This document shows positions 23,786 through 32,951 of a stretch of DNA of 64,000 nucleotides, one piece after another. The stretch's first letter is position 1, and each line of letters starts with the position of its first letter. The translations under genes were made by a program, and so were the position numbers. The stretch lies in assembly GCA_965223505.1 (NCBI GenBank), contig CBDCWP010000002.1:1-64000 (forward strand), given 5' to 3'. Origin of the DNA: Planctomycetota bacterium. GTDB lineage: Bacteria > Planctomycetota > PLA2 > JAEUHO01. Below the pieces are notes generated by a model, which did no database searches, was not told where the DNA came from, and worked only from the letters and a program-made list of their open reading frames with translations.

Positions 23786-24913
23786 ATGTTGTTGCCCAAG
23801 AACCTTCGTTTCTGGCTGTTCGATCGGCTCTCGATCAAGACCATGCGGTACGTGACCGCGGTTCCGCGTCGTGAAGCAACCGGACTGACGAAACGCCTCT
23901 ACGAGATGATCGCAGAGGACTTCTTCATCAACGGCTCGCTGACGAGCCGATCACGCGTCCCCGACCTGCTCGCGGCCATCTGGGTCGCCGGGCGCGAGTC
24001 GATCATCGTCGACGACCACCTCGACCGAACGAGCAAGGAGGCGATCACCGCCCTCATGTCGGGCATCAACGACTGCCCGTACTGCGGCGACATGCTCGTC
24101 AGCCTCGTCCACGCCGGTGGAGAGCACGAGGTGGCGTCCGCCGTCCTCGACGCGAGCGTCGGTGACATCGACGACCCGCAGATGCGCGAACGCCTCGCGT
24201 GGGTGGAGGCGGTCAGCACGCCCGGTGTCACCGAGCTGCCGGCGATCCCGTTCACCGAGCAGGAGCTGCCGGAGGTGCTCGCATCGATGATGGCGATGGC
24301 GGACATCAACCGCTTCAGCCACGTCGTGATGGACGGTTCACCCGTGAGCCTTCCCGGGCGCATGCAGGCGTGGATCCTGCGCCTGCTCTCCGGCGAGCTG
24401 CGCTCGACCAAGATCGAGGCCGCCGAGCCCGGGCGCTCCCTCGCGTTGCTGGCGCCGGCGAAGCTGCCGGCGGACCTCGAGTGGGCTCTGCCCAATCCGC
24501 GCATTGCCGACGCCGTGGCGCGTTGGACCGCGACCGTCGAACGCGAGGCGGCGGGTGTCGTCTCGCCCGCGGTTCGCGACCTGGTGCAGGCGAGCCTGGA
24601 TCGTTGGCACAACGAGCGCATGCCGATCAGCCGCGCCTGGGTCGACGACGAGGTCGCCCACCTCGACGGCGAAGACCGGGCGATCGCTCGTCTGGCGCTC
24701 GTGCTGGCGAAGGCGTCCTACCAGATCGACGCGTCACTGATCACGCCGCTGCTCGACGGCGGCGAAGAGCGCTTCGTGCGCATCCTGGCCTGGGCGTCGT
24801 TCACCGCGGCCCGCCGTTTCATCGGCACGGTCGTGGAGCGCACGCTCGGAACGCGCCCGGGCACGGAGCGCGACCGTCGCGCAGCCGAGACGGCGCGAGC
24901 GCCCGTCGCTTGA
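23786..24913 (+). CDS. AhpD / carboxymuconolactone decarboxylase-like protein (two-domain)
   Basis: KEAITALMSGINDCPYC (CxxC) AhpD core and a second degenerate CMD-like domain (LAWASFTAARR). Confidence 0.78.
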   Translation: MLLPKNLRFWLFDRLSIKTMRYVTAVPRREATGLTKRLYEMIAEDFFINGSLTSRSRVPDLLAAIWVAGRESIIVDDHLDRTSKEAITALMSGINDCPYCGDMLVSLVHAGGEHEVASAVLDASVGDIDDPQMRERLAWVEAVSTPGVTELPAIPFTEQELPEVLASMMAMADINRFSHVVMDGSPVSLPGRMQAWILRLLSGELRSTKIEAAEPGRSLALLAPAKLPADLEWALPNPRIADAVARWTATVEREAAGVVSPAVRDLVQASLDRWHNERMPISRAWVDDEVAHLDGEDRAIARLALVLAKASYQIDASLITPLLDGGEERFVRILAWASFTAARRFIGTVVERTLGTRPGTERDRRAAETARAPVA

Positions 24914-24934
24914 GCATCGGCTGCCGGCTCGAAG

Positions 24935-24972
24935 GGAAGCGGGAGACGGGTCCGTGCCCGCTCCCGCTTTCC
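24935..24972. terminator. GC-rich imperfect stem-loop between convergent genes (possible bidirectional terminator)
   Basis: ggaagcgggagacggg pairs imperfectly with cccgctcccgctttcc. Confidence 0.5.
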
Positions 24973-24988
24973 GTCGTCGCGCGCCGGG

Positions 24989-27151
24989 CTACTCGGAGCC
25001 GCCGAGCTGCATCAGCAGGAACGCGAACTTGTCCGTCGACTCGTCCTTGAGCTGGATCAGGGAAGACGACCCGTGACCCGAGTCGCGGTCGATCATCAGC
25101 AGGATCGGACGGTGGCTCGTCGTGTGGTGCTGCCACTGCGCGACCATCTTGCGGGCATGAAACGCGTCCACACGCCCGTCGTGGAATCCGGCCGTGACCA
25201 GCATTGCCGGGTAGGCCGCGGGCTCGACGTTGTGGTACGGCGAATAGGCGCGGATCCACTCGAAGTGCTCTTTCACATCGGGGTCGCCGTACTCCTTCGT
25301 CCAGCTCTTTGCGTACTGGAACCGGTGGAATCGCAACATGTCCGTGAGCGGCACGCCCGAGATGCCCGCACGGCAGAGATCCGGCCGCTGGTTGACGCAC
25401 ACAGCCACCAGCAGTCCACCGTTGCTGCCGCCTTGAATCGCGAGCCGGTCACGCGAGGTCTTGCCGGAACTCACAAGCCAGTCCGCGCCCGCGATGAAGT
25501 CGTCGTAGACGTTTTGCTTGTTGCCGAGGCAGCCCGCTTGATGCCAGGCCTCGCCGAACTCGTCGCCGCCACGCAGGCAGGCGATCGCCGTCACGCCGCC
25601 AAGCGCCGCCCAGATGCCGCGCATGCGGGAGAAGTACGGGTACATGCCGGCACGGAATCCGCCGTAGCCGTACAGCACCGTCGGCGCGCTGCCGTCGAGC
25701 TTCACGTCCTTGCGATGCACGAGGAAGACCGGGATCTGGGTGCCGTCCTTCGAAGGATACGTCGTCTGGGTCGAGACGAGGTTGTCCACGTCGAGCGACG
25801 TGGGCAAGCGCTCGATGACCGTCAGCGGAAAGCCCTCCACCGCGAGGTCACAGCGGTAGGTCGTCTTCGGCTCGCTGTACGACTCGAAGCTGAACCAGAT
25901 GTTGGTGCTACCGGGTTGGGTCGAGACGCTGCTGACCGTGCCCGGGCCCGGCAGGCCGACCCGTTTCGGCTTCGCCCAGTCGATGTGCTGCACCCAGAGC
26001 TCGGACACGATGTTGGCGCGTGCGATGCAGATCACGTATTCGCTCGCGATCCAGCTCTCCTCGCTGATCACCCCGTCGACTCCGTCGAACATCTTCGTCC
26101 ACTCACCCAGTGTGCCGTCGGGCTTGCGCGTCTTGGTGGCGAAGATGTTGCGCTCGCCGCGGTCCCGGTCGCTGTTCATCACGAACGTGTCGCCGACCCG
26201 ATCGACGAGCGTGCGGTCCTCGACCCCCACCCGCAGCGGCCGTAGCGCGAAGGCTCCGTCGGTGTAGTCGAGCTCGTACGTGTCGTAGAATTTGTAGGGC
26301 AGTCCGCTGACCAGCATGAGCCCCTTGCGATCGGCCGTGCGGTACGGATGCCACCAGCGCAGCATGTTCGCGCCGCGCCCCGCGACGAGCCGGTCGTCGA
26401 TCGGCAGGGTGCCCAGCTCGTGGAAGTACAGTCGCCGGTGGTGCTGCACCTCGCCCGCGGGGACGGACTCCGGATCCGGCATGCGCGTGTACAGGACGCC
26501 CTTCCCATCCGGCGTCCACGCGATGGCCGAGAACTTCGTTCGCGTGATCTGGTCCGGCAGGTCCTTGCCGGTCGCCACGTCGCGGAAGTACATCGTCGTC
26601 GCCTCGGACCCCTTCGTTCCGCGCCGGTACGCGACGATCTTGCCGTCGGGCGACGGTTCCCACGCAGCGAGGTTCTCGGTGCCGTCCTCGCTCCACCGGT
26701 TCGGATCGAGCACGACCCGTTCGTTCGAACCGTCTTCGTCCGCGACGTAGAGAACCGACTGGTTCGCGTCCTTCGGCCGGTACGTGAACCACATGCGGCC
26801 GCCCTCGAAGCGCGGCAACGAGCGCATGTTGCCGAGGCCGTACTCGGCGTCGAGGAGCTTGCGAATCTCCTCGCGACGCGGGTAGCCGTCGAGGGTCTCG
26901 CGCAAGAGCTCGTGCTGCTCGCGATCCCAGGCCTCCACCTCGGCCGCTTGCGCTTCGTTCGCGCCGTTGCGCGGACGGTCCAGCTCGAGCCAGCGGTACG
27001 GATCGAGCACCTTCTCGCCGTGCATCATCTCGAAGACATCGGTGCGGCGCGTCTCGGGATAGTCGGGCTTGCGCGCCTTCGTCTCGTCGGCGTGCGCGGG
27101 CGTGACGAGCACGAGGCAGGCCATGGCAAGGAACGTTCTGCGTAGCGTCAC
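24989..27151 (-). CDS. Prolyl oligopeptidase (S9A), exported
   Basis: DPYRWLE, YGYGGF, RGGDEFGEAWH, GGSNGG (catalytic Ser), HDGRV (Asp), SGHG (His). Signal-peptide-like N-terminus. Confidence 0.95.
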   Translation of the reverse strand: MTLRRTFLAMACLVLVTPAHADETKARKPDYPETRRTDVFEMMHGEKVLDPYRWLELDRPRNGANEAQAAEVEAWDREQHELLRETLDGYPRREEIRKLLDAEYGLGNMRSLPRFEGGRMWFTYRPKDANQSVLYVADEDGSNERVVLDPNRWSEDGTENLAAWEPSPDGKIVAYRRGTKGSEATTMYFRDVATGKDLPDQITRTKFSAIAWTPDGKGVLYTRMPDPESVPAGEVQHHRRLYFHELGTLPIDDRLVAGRGANMLRWWHPYRTADRKGLMLVSGLPYKFYDTYELDYTDGAFALRPLRVGVEDRTLVDRVGDTFVMNSDRDRGERNIFATKTRKPDGTLGEWTKMFDGVDGVISEESWIASEYVICIARANIVSELWVQHIDWAKPKRVGLPGPGTVSSVSTQPGSTNIWFSFESYSEPKTTYRCDLAVEGFPLTVIERLPTSLDVDNLVSTQTTYPSKDGTQIPVFLVHRKDVKLDGSAPTVLYGYGGFRAGMYPYFSRMRGIWAALGGVTAIACLRGGDEFGEAWHQAGCLGNKQNVYDDFIAGADWLVSSGKTSRDRLAIQGGSNGGLLVAVCVNQRPDLCRAGISGVPLTDMLRFHRFQYAKSWTKEYGDPDVKEHFEWIRAYSPYHNVEPAAYPAMLVTAGFHDGRVDAFHARKMVAQWQHHTTSHRPILLMIDRDSGHGSSSLIQLKDESTDKFAFLLMQLGGSE

Positions 27152-27234
27152 AGGTCTCTCCGTTTTTCGACCGGGGCCGCACAGCGTACAGCGTGACCCT
27201 GCGCAATCAGCCTTCCCCCCGGTACGCTCGCCCC

Positions 27235-28734
27235 ATGTCCGACCGTCCGCGCAAGCCCGTGCCGCTGCCCGAAGCGCGCTGGCCGTCCGCGGACGAGGCC
27301 CGGAAGGCGCTGCTCTTCCAGCCGCTCGACCTGGGGCCGATCCGGGTGGCGGAGCGCACCTGGGTGCCGGCGATGGTGCCGTGGCGAGCGACCGAGGACG
27401 GGCTGGTCACCGAGGAAAACCTGGATTGGTACGGGCGCTTCGCCGCGGGCCGCCCTGGCGCGATCGTCGCGGAGGCCACGGGGATTCGCGACATCCGCAG
27501 CGGTCCGTTGCTGCGCATCGGGCACGACCGTTTCCTGCCGGGGCTACGCGCGCTCGTCGAGCGGGTGCGCGAGGAAAGCGGCGGGCGAACGCGCTTCCTG
27601 ATTCAGATCATCGATTTCCTCACGGTGCGCCGGCGGCCCGATCCGGCGAAGTTCTTCGAGCGCTATCTGGAGGTGACCCGGCGCCACCGTGTCCGGCTGG
27701 CCGACGTGACCGGCGACGAGCGCTGGCTCGACGCGGCGTCGTCGGACGTGCGCGTCGCCTTGTTGCAGGCGGCTTTCGACAAGCGCGAGGAGATCCTGAC
27801 CGAGCGCGAGCTCGAGTCGCTCGAGTACGGCTACCGAGAGCGCGTGACGGACGTGCACCTGGATCACGTGCGCGAGCTGCCGCAGATCCTGCCGGGCCTG
27901 TTCGCGGACGCCGCGGCTCGCGCGCGCGAAGCCGGGTTCGACGGCGTGGAGCTTCACTTCGCGCACGCGTACACGATGGCGTCGTTCCTGAGCCGCCGCA
28001 ACGACCGGGACGACGGGTACGGCGGCTCGCGCGAGGGCCGGGTGCGGCTTCCGCTGGAGGTCATCGCCGCCGTGCGGGAGCGCGTGGGCGACGACTATTG
28101 CGTCGGCACGCGCTATCTGAGCGACGAGGTCATCGACGGCGGCAGCCGCATCGACGACGCCGTCTACTACGGGGTCGCGTTCGCGCGCGCCGGCCTGGAC
28201 TTCCTGTCGATCTCGAAGGGCGGGAAGTTCGAAGACGCCAAACAACCCCGCATCGGCCACGCGATCTATCCCTACACGGGCCCGAGCGGTCACGAGTGCA
28301 TGCCGACGACGCGCATCGACGAGCAGGGTCCGTTCGGGCGCAACCTACCGCTCGTCGCACGGATTCGCGCGGCGGTCCGCGACGCCGGACTCGAGACCCC
28401 CGTCGTCGGCGCGGGCGGCATTTGCACGTTCGAGATGGCGGAGGCCGCGCTCCGAGACGGGCACGCCGACCTGATCGCGTCGGCCCGGCAGTCGCTCGCC
28501 GATCCCGACTGGTTCCGCAAGACGCGCCTGGGCCTCGGCGACCAGGTGCGGCGATGCGTGTTCACGAACTACTGCGAGGGACTCGACCAGCAGCACAAGC
28601 AGGTGACGTGCAAGCTCTGGGACAAGGACTTCGATCGCGAGGCGCCGGATGCGTCGCTCGCATTGAGCTGGGATCGACGACGCCGGTTGATCCCGCCCTC
28701 CTGGGCCCCTCCGCCCGGCGATCCGGCTAGTTGA
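27235..28734 (+). CDS. NADH:flavin oxidoreductase (Old Yellow Enzyme family) with insertion and Cys-containing C-terminus
   Basis: AREAGFDGVELHFAHAY..SFLS..NDRDDGYGGSREGR, ARQSLADPDW, and RRCVFTNYC...TC motifs. Confidence 0.88.
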   Translation: MSDRPRKPVPLPEARWPSADEARKALLFQPLDLGPIRVAERTWVPAMVPWRATEDGLVTEENLDWYGRFAAGRPGAIVAEATGIRDIRSGPLLRIGHDRFLPGLRALVERVREESGGRTRFLIQIIDFLTVRRRPDPAKFFERYLEVTRRHRVRLADVTGDERWLDAASSDVRVALLQAAFDKREEILTERELESLEYGYRERVTDVHLDHVRELPQILPGLFADAAARAREAGFDGVELHFAHAYTMASFLSRRNDRDDGYGGSREGRVRLPLEVIAAVRERVGDDYCVGTRYLSDEVIDGGSRIDDAVYYGVAFARAGLDFLSISKGGKFEDAKQPRIGHAIYPYTGPSGHECMPTTRIDEQGPFGRNLPLVARIRAAVRDAGLETPVVGAGGICTFEMAEAALRDGHADLIASARQSLADPDWFRKTRLGLGDQVRRCVFTNYCEGLDQQHKQVTCKLWDKDFDREAPDASLALSWDRRRRLIPPSWAPPPGDPAS

Positions 28735-30370
28735 CCGCCGGCATGAGGTAGACGGGCGCGGGTCCGAGTGTCGTCGTCAGCGACCCCGCCGTCACCTTCA
28801 CCTTCACGCGCTTGGGCTTTCCGTCGGTTAGCTGGACGTCTTCGAGCCAATACGTTCCGTTGGGCAGACGAATCGCAACCTCGCGCGACGGCAGCGCCTT
28901 GCCGGGTTCGCCGGCCCACGACAGCGAGTCGTCGAGCAGGAGCACGGCCGTCCACGGGCGCAGCGGCTCGGCCGGCAGCTGAAACACGACCGAGGCGCCG
29001 GGCGCGCCGATGGACTGCACGGACGCGGTCGAGTGGTCGCGCAACAACCGGTGCATCTGCCGCCACGCGAACCAGGCAGGCTTCGGCGCGCCGTCGGCGG
29101 TGAAGAAGGTCGGGAGCTCGCTGTCCTCGCGATTGGGTCGCAGCGGGACCCGGCGCCCGTACTGCCGGGCGCCGTCCACCGGACCATGGAACAAGACCAC
29201 GTCCGCGCCGGCGGCGCGGGCGCGACACAGACTTCGAACGACGTCGTACGCTTGCCCGCGGCGCGTCCAGCGCTCGGCACGGGCGCGCTCGCCGGCCTCG
29301 TGCCAGCGCACGCGCTTGCGCCAGTGGTTGCGAACGCGCTCTTCGGCCGTGTCGAACTTCCGCGCCGTGGGATCGCGCGCACGGTCGATCTTGAACGTGG
29401 GATTGTCGACGAGCCAAACGCCGACGTGCGTCGCGCCATGATCGTCGAGGAACCTGCGCAGGAACGAGATGTTCGCCACGTCGTCCGCGTGACTGTTGGA
29501 GCCGACGTGCGCGATCACGTTGTACAACCGCGGCATCTCCAACGATCGAAAGACGATCTCGAACGCGCGCCGGATCTCGAGGCGCGCGGCCTTCGGCGCG
29601 GCGGGCAACGACGTCTCGATGCGGTGCTCGACACCGGGTCCGCGCGGATAGGGATGGTGACCGACGGCTCGCAGGTCCACGGCGCCGTGCACGATGCGGA
29701 TCGGCTCGAACGCGTTCTTCGCGCCCTTCTCCGCGTGGTGCAGGAGGCGCAGGTAGTCGTCGGCGGACCCGAGCCAGCCGCTCGGCAGGTCCACCCGGTC
29801 GAGGATCTGTACGTAGCGGACGGGCCGGCGCAACCCGGGCATGTCGTTCTCGCCGTCGCCGTCGTAACGCTCGACGACGTCGTGTACGAAGCGCTCCCAC
29901 TCGACCCACGCCTCGGGCCGGGGCGTCGGCGCGCCCAGCGGCGAGCGCAGCGCCGCCTCGACCTCGGCGTCGGAGAGCTCCTTGCTCAGGCGGCGCACCC
30001 ACGCCGTCTTGTCGAGCGGCATGCTGGCCCACGGGCTCTTCGGCGACAGGACCGGCACCGGCTCGAATCCGGCCAGCTGCCAGGTGCGAATCGCGACGTC
30101 GAGGACCTTCCAGTCGTAGGCGGCCGTCCCATCGGGGGACTTCGCCGGCTCGATGCGGCCCCAGCGGATCGGCCGGGTCTTGGCGAACGTGGATCCCCAC
30201 GTCTCGAAGCGCAGCAGCCGCTTGGCGTCGGCGTCCCGATCGATCGACAGCGCCGTGAATCCGGCGAAGGGGCCGGGGTCGCGAACGTGGACGGGCTGCT
30301 CCTCCTCGTCGGCCTTCGCAACGGCCAGGCAGGCGAGCAGGGCACCGGACGTGAGGAGACGGCGAATCAT
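28727..30370 (-). CDS. Exported glycoside-hydrolase-like (GH-A/GH39-like TIM barrel) protein, catalytic residues apparently altered
   Basis: Signal-peptide-like N-terminus, IRWGRIEP...YDW, VERYDGDGENDMPGL, PKPAW, and a C-terminal beta-sandwich (LGPAPVYL). Confidence 0.6.
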   Translation of the reverse strand: MIRRLLTSGALLACLAVAKADEEEQPVHVRDPGPFAGFTALSIDRDADAKRLLRFETWGSTFAKTRPIRWGRIEPAKSPDGTAAYDWKVLDVAIRTWQLAGFEPVPVLSPKSPWASMPLDKTAWVRRLSKELSDAEVEAALRSPLGAPTPRPEAWVEWERFVHDVVERYDGDGENDMPGLRRPVRYVQILDRVDLPSGWLGSADDYLRLLHHAEKGAKNAFEPIRIVHGAVDLRAVGHHPYPRGPGVEHRIETSLPAAPKAARLEIRRAFEIVFRSLEMPRLYNVIAHVGSNSHADDVANISFLRRFLDDHGATHVGVWLVDNPTFKIDRARDPTARKFDTAEERVRNHWRKRVRWHEAGERARAERWTRRGQAYDVVRSLCRARAAGADVVLFHGPVDGARQYGRRVPLRPNREDSELPTFFTADGAPKPAWFAWRQMHRLLRDHSTASVQSIGAPGASVVFQLPAEPLRPWTAVLLLDDSLSWAGEPGKALPSREVAIRLPNGTYWLEDVQLTDGKPKRVKVKVTAGSLTTTLGPAPVYLMPAVN

Positions 30371-30452
30371 CGGGCGCACAGGATACGCGCCGCTCGCGCG
30401 ACCGCGGCGTGCAACTGCCCCGCCTCCCGCTGCGTCCCCCCCCGGTTGCACC

Positions 30453-31502
30453 ATGTCGAACATGGTCCGGGATCCCCGCCGTGTTGAGGTTCTGCCGGTT
30501 TGCCACGACCAGGGCTGCCGCTCGTACGTCGTGGTCGCGCCGGAGACGCAGGAGGCGGTGGTCATCGACCCGCTGCTCGACCGCCTCTCCGAGACCGCGG
30601 CGTTGATCGAGGGCCGGGGGGCGTCGCTGCGCTGGATCATCGACACGCACAGCCACGGCGACCACCTCTCCGGCGCCGCCGCCCTGGAGAACCGCCTCGG
30701 TGGCGACGTCGTCATGCATCCCGAGGCGCAGAGCAAGGTGGTCACGAAGCGCCCGGCCGACGGCGAGGTCCTGCCCTTCGGCGAGCACGGCCTTCGGATT
30801 CATCACGCGCCCGGCAACACGAAGGACGCAATCGTCGTGGAGGCGCGCGGGGCGATGTTCACCGGCGACACGCTGCTGATCGGAACGGTCGGGCTCGCGG
30901 ACGCGCCGGGCACGAACGCGGACACCTGGTACGAGACACTCGAGCGGGTGTTCGGCGACGTCGCCGACGAGACGGTGATCCACCCCGGCAACGACGACAT
31001 GGGCCGCACGTACACGACGATGCGCGCCGAGCGCACCGGCAACATGTGGTTGCGCGAGGACGACATCGAAAAGTTCCGCGGCATGGTCAGGAGCGACGAC
31101 CGCAAGCCGCGCAAGGACGCCGCCCGCGTGCTCGAAGCGAACCGCGAAGGCTTGCTGCGCGTGCCGGCCGACCTGGCCGCCGCGGCCGGGCTCACGCCGC
31201 CTGCGCGCATCGCGGAGGAAGAAGCGGCGCAGAGTCGGGGGCGCCGCATCACGGCACAGTCCTCCGCCGCGCCGTCGGGGCCGTACGGGATGCTCGTGAC
31301 GTGCGGCGCGCTGGCCGCGTCGGGAACGATTCTCGGTTGGGCGTTCCACCCCGGCCTGCACGGCTTGTCGCTGCTCGCCGCGTTGTTGGGTCTGGCGTTC
31401 GGTCTGCCCGCGCTCGAAAGCAAGGTGAAGCGCCGCAAGAAGAAGGGGCCCGGGCTCTACTACGAAGGACCCGCCCCCCATCAGGTGCTGGACGAGTCGT
31501 AG
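30453..31502 (+). CDS. MBL-fold persulfide dioxygenase (ETHE1)-like protein with C-terminal TM hairpin (DUF2892/YgaP-like)
   Basis: GCRSY, AVVIDP, DTHSHGDHLSG and FTGDTLLIG motifs, followed by two hydrophobic helices around HP. Confidence 0.8.
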   Translation: MSNMVRDPRRVEVLPVCHDQGCRSYVVVAPETQEAVVIDPLLDRLSETAALIEGRGASLRWIIDTHSHGDHLSGAAALENRLGGDVVMHPEAQSKVVTKRPADGEVLPFGEHGLRIHHAPGNTKDAIVVEARGAMFTGDTLLIGTVGLADAPGTNADTWYETLERVFGDVADETVIHPGNDDMGRTYTTMRAERTGNMWLREDDIEKFRGMVRSDDRKPRKDAARVLEANREGLLRVPADLAAAAGLTPPARIAEEEAAQSRGRRITAQSSAAPSGPYGMLVTCGALAASGTILGWAFHPGLHGLSLLAALLGLAFGLPALESKVKRRKKKGPGLYYEGPAPHQVLDES

Positions 31503-31571
31503 GCCTCACCTCTTTTCGCTTCGCTCGCTCAGGGACTGCGCCTTGCGCTTCATTGCTCGTACGCTTTCGGC

Positions 31572-32828
31572 ATGTCCAACGACGAATCGAAGCGTGACGA
31601 CGCCGGCCGGGAGGACCTCGACAAGGAGATCGAGGCCGCGCTCTCGGGCGGCTCCGTCCTCGACATCGCGCAGCAGGAGCTGCTGGGCGTCTCTTCCGAG
31701 GTCGCGCGCGCCCGCGCGGCCGCGGGCGACGCGATCGACCGCGGGTTCCGCGAAGGTACGGTCGCCGGCGTCACCAAGAACGACGTCTTCCTGGAGTTCG
31801 GCCCGCGCGATCAGGGCGTCGTGCCCTTCGAGCAGTTCGCCGAGGAACCCAAGGTCGGCGACAAGGTGCGGGTCTTCGTCGAGGCCTACGACCCGGCCCA
31901 GAGCATCTACGTCTGTTCGCTGCGGCGCACGGCCCAGTCCGCGAGCTGGGACAGCCTCGAGATCGGCTCCGTGCTCGTCGGGACGGTGCGCGCCGCGAAC
32001 GCCGGCGGGCTCGAGGTGCAGACCGGCGTCCTGACGGCGTTCCTGCCCGTGTCGCACATCGAGCTGTCGCACGTCGAGGACATGGAGCCCTACATCGGTC
32101 AGCGCGTGGAGGTCGAGGTGATCGACCTCGATCCGTCGAAGAAGCGGCTGGTGGTTTCACGGCGCGGCATCCTCGCGCGTCAGCGGGAGCAGGCGCGGCA
32201 CGAGGCGGCCGAGGGGCTGTTGCCGGGCAGCGTCATCACGGGCAAGGTCACCAAGGTCGAGCCGTTCGGCGCGTTCGTCGACGTCGGCGGTGTCGAAGGC
32301 CTCGTGCACGTGAGCCAGATGGCGTGGAAGCGGGTCGAGAACGCGGCGGACCACGTCGAGGTCGGTCAAGAGCTGAAGGTCCAGGTGCTCGAGGTCAGCG
32401 ACGGCGGCAAGCGCATCAGCCTGAGCATGCGCGCGCTGCAGGAAGACCCGTGGCAGAAGTTCATCCTCGAGCATCCGGTGGACAGCCAGGTCGAGGGCAC
32501 CGTAACGAAGCTGGCGTCCTACGGCGCGTTCATCGAGGTCGCCGACGGCGTCGAGGGGCTGGCGCACGTCAGCCAGCTCGCGCCGGGCGGCGCGGACTCC
32601 GTGCGCGCTGCCGTTCGGCTGGGTCAGAAGCTGACGGTGCGCATCGCAAACGTCGAGCCGGAGCGCAAGCGCATCGGGCTGTCGTTGTTGACGGATCGCG
32701 GCGATCGCCTGACGGACGACGTCGCCGACGACGCGACGATTCGAGACGTGCTGAACCGGACGGACGACGCGGGCGAGCCGACGCTTGGCGACATCCTCAA
32801 GAAGGCGCTCGAGGAGAAGGACTCGTAG
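31572..32828 (+). CDS. rpsA: S1 RNA-binding protein with about 4 S1 domains (ribosomal protein bS1 or paralog)
   Basis: Repeated S1 motifs (FGAFVDVGGVEGLVHVSQM, YGAFIEVADGVEGLAHVSQL, RISLS) and a TLGDILKKAL tail. Confidence 0.75.
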   Translation: MSNDESKRDDAGREDLDKEIEAALSGGSVLDIAQQELLGVSSEVARARAAAGDAIDRGFREGTVAGVTKNDVFLEFGPRDQGVVPFEQFAEEPKVGDKVRVFVEAYDPAQSIYVCSLRRTAQSASWDSLEIGSVLVGTVRAANAGGLEVQTGVLTAFLPVSHIELSHVEDMEPYIGQRVEVEVIDLDPSKKRLVVSRRGILARQREQARHEAAEGLLPGSVITGKVTKVEPFGAFVDVGGVEGLVHVSQMAWKRVENAADHVEVGQELKVQVLEVSDGGKRISLSMRALQEDPWQKFILEHPVDSQVEGTVTKLASYGAFIEVADGVEGLAHVSQLAPGGADSVRAAVRLGQKLTVRIANVEPERKRIGLSLLTDRGDRLTDDVADDATIRDVLNRTDDAGEPTLGDILKKALEEKDS

Positions 32829-32951
32829 GGGCGACCGCACCGCCTTGTTCGCGGGCGGGGTCGTAGGGCCGACCCCTCGTGGTCGCCCAACCGTTCGTCG
32901 AATCAGGTCCGGACTCATGCACGGTTGGGCAGCCACAAGGGCTGCCCCTAC
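32825..32951. repeat. GTAG-type REP doublet (REPIN-like), copy A, with an extra half-REP at 32825-32836
   Basis: gtagggccgacccctcgtggtcgccc...gggcagccacaagggctgcccctac at 32863-32951, similar to the copies at 48132 and 54493. Confidence 0.85.
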
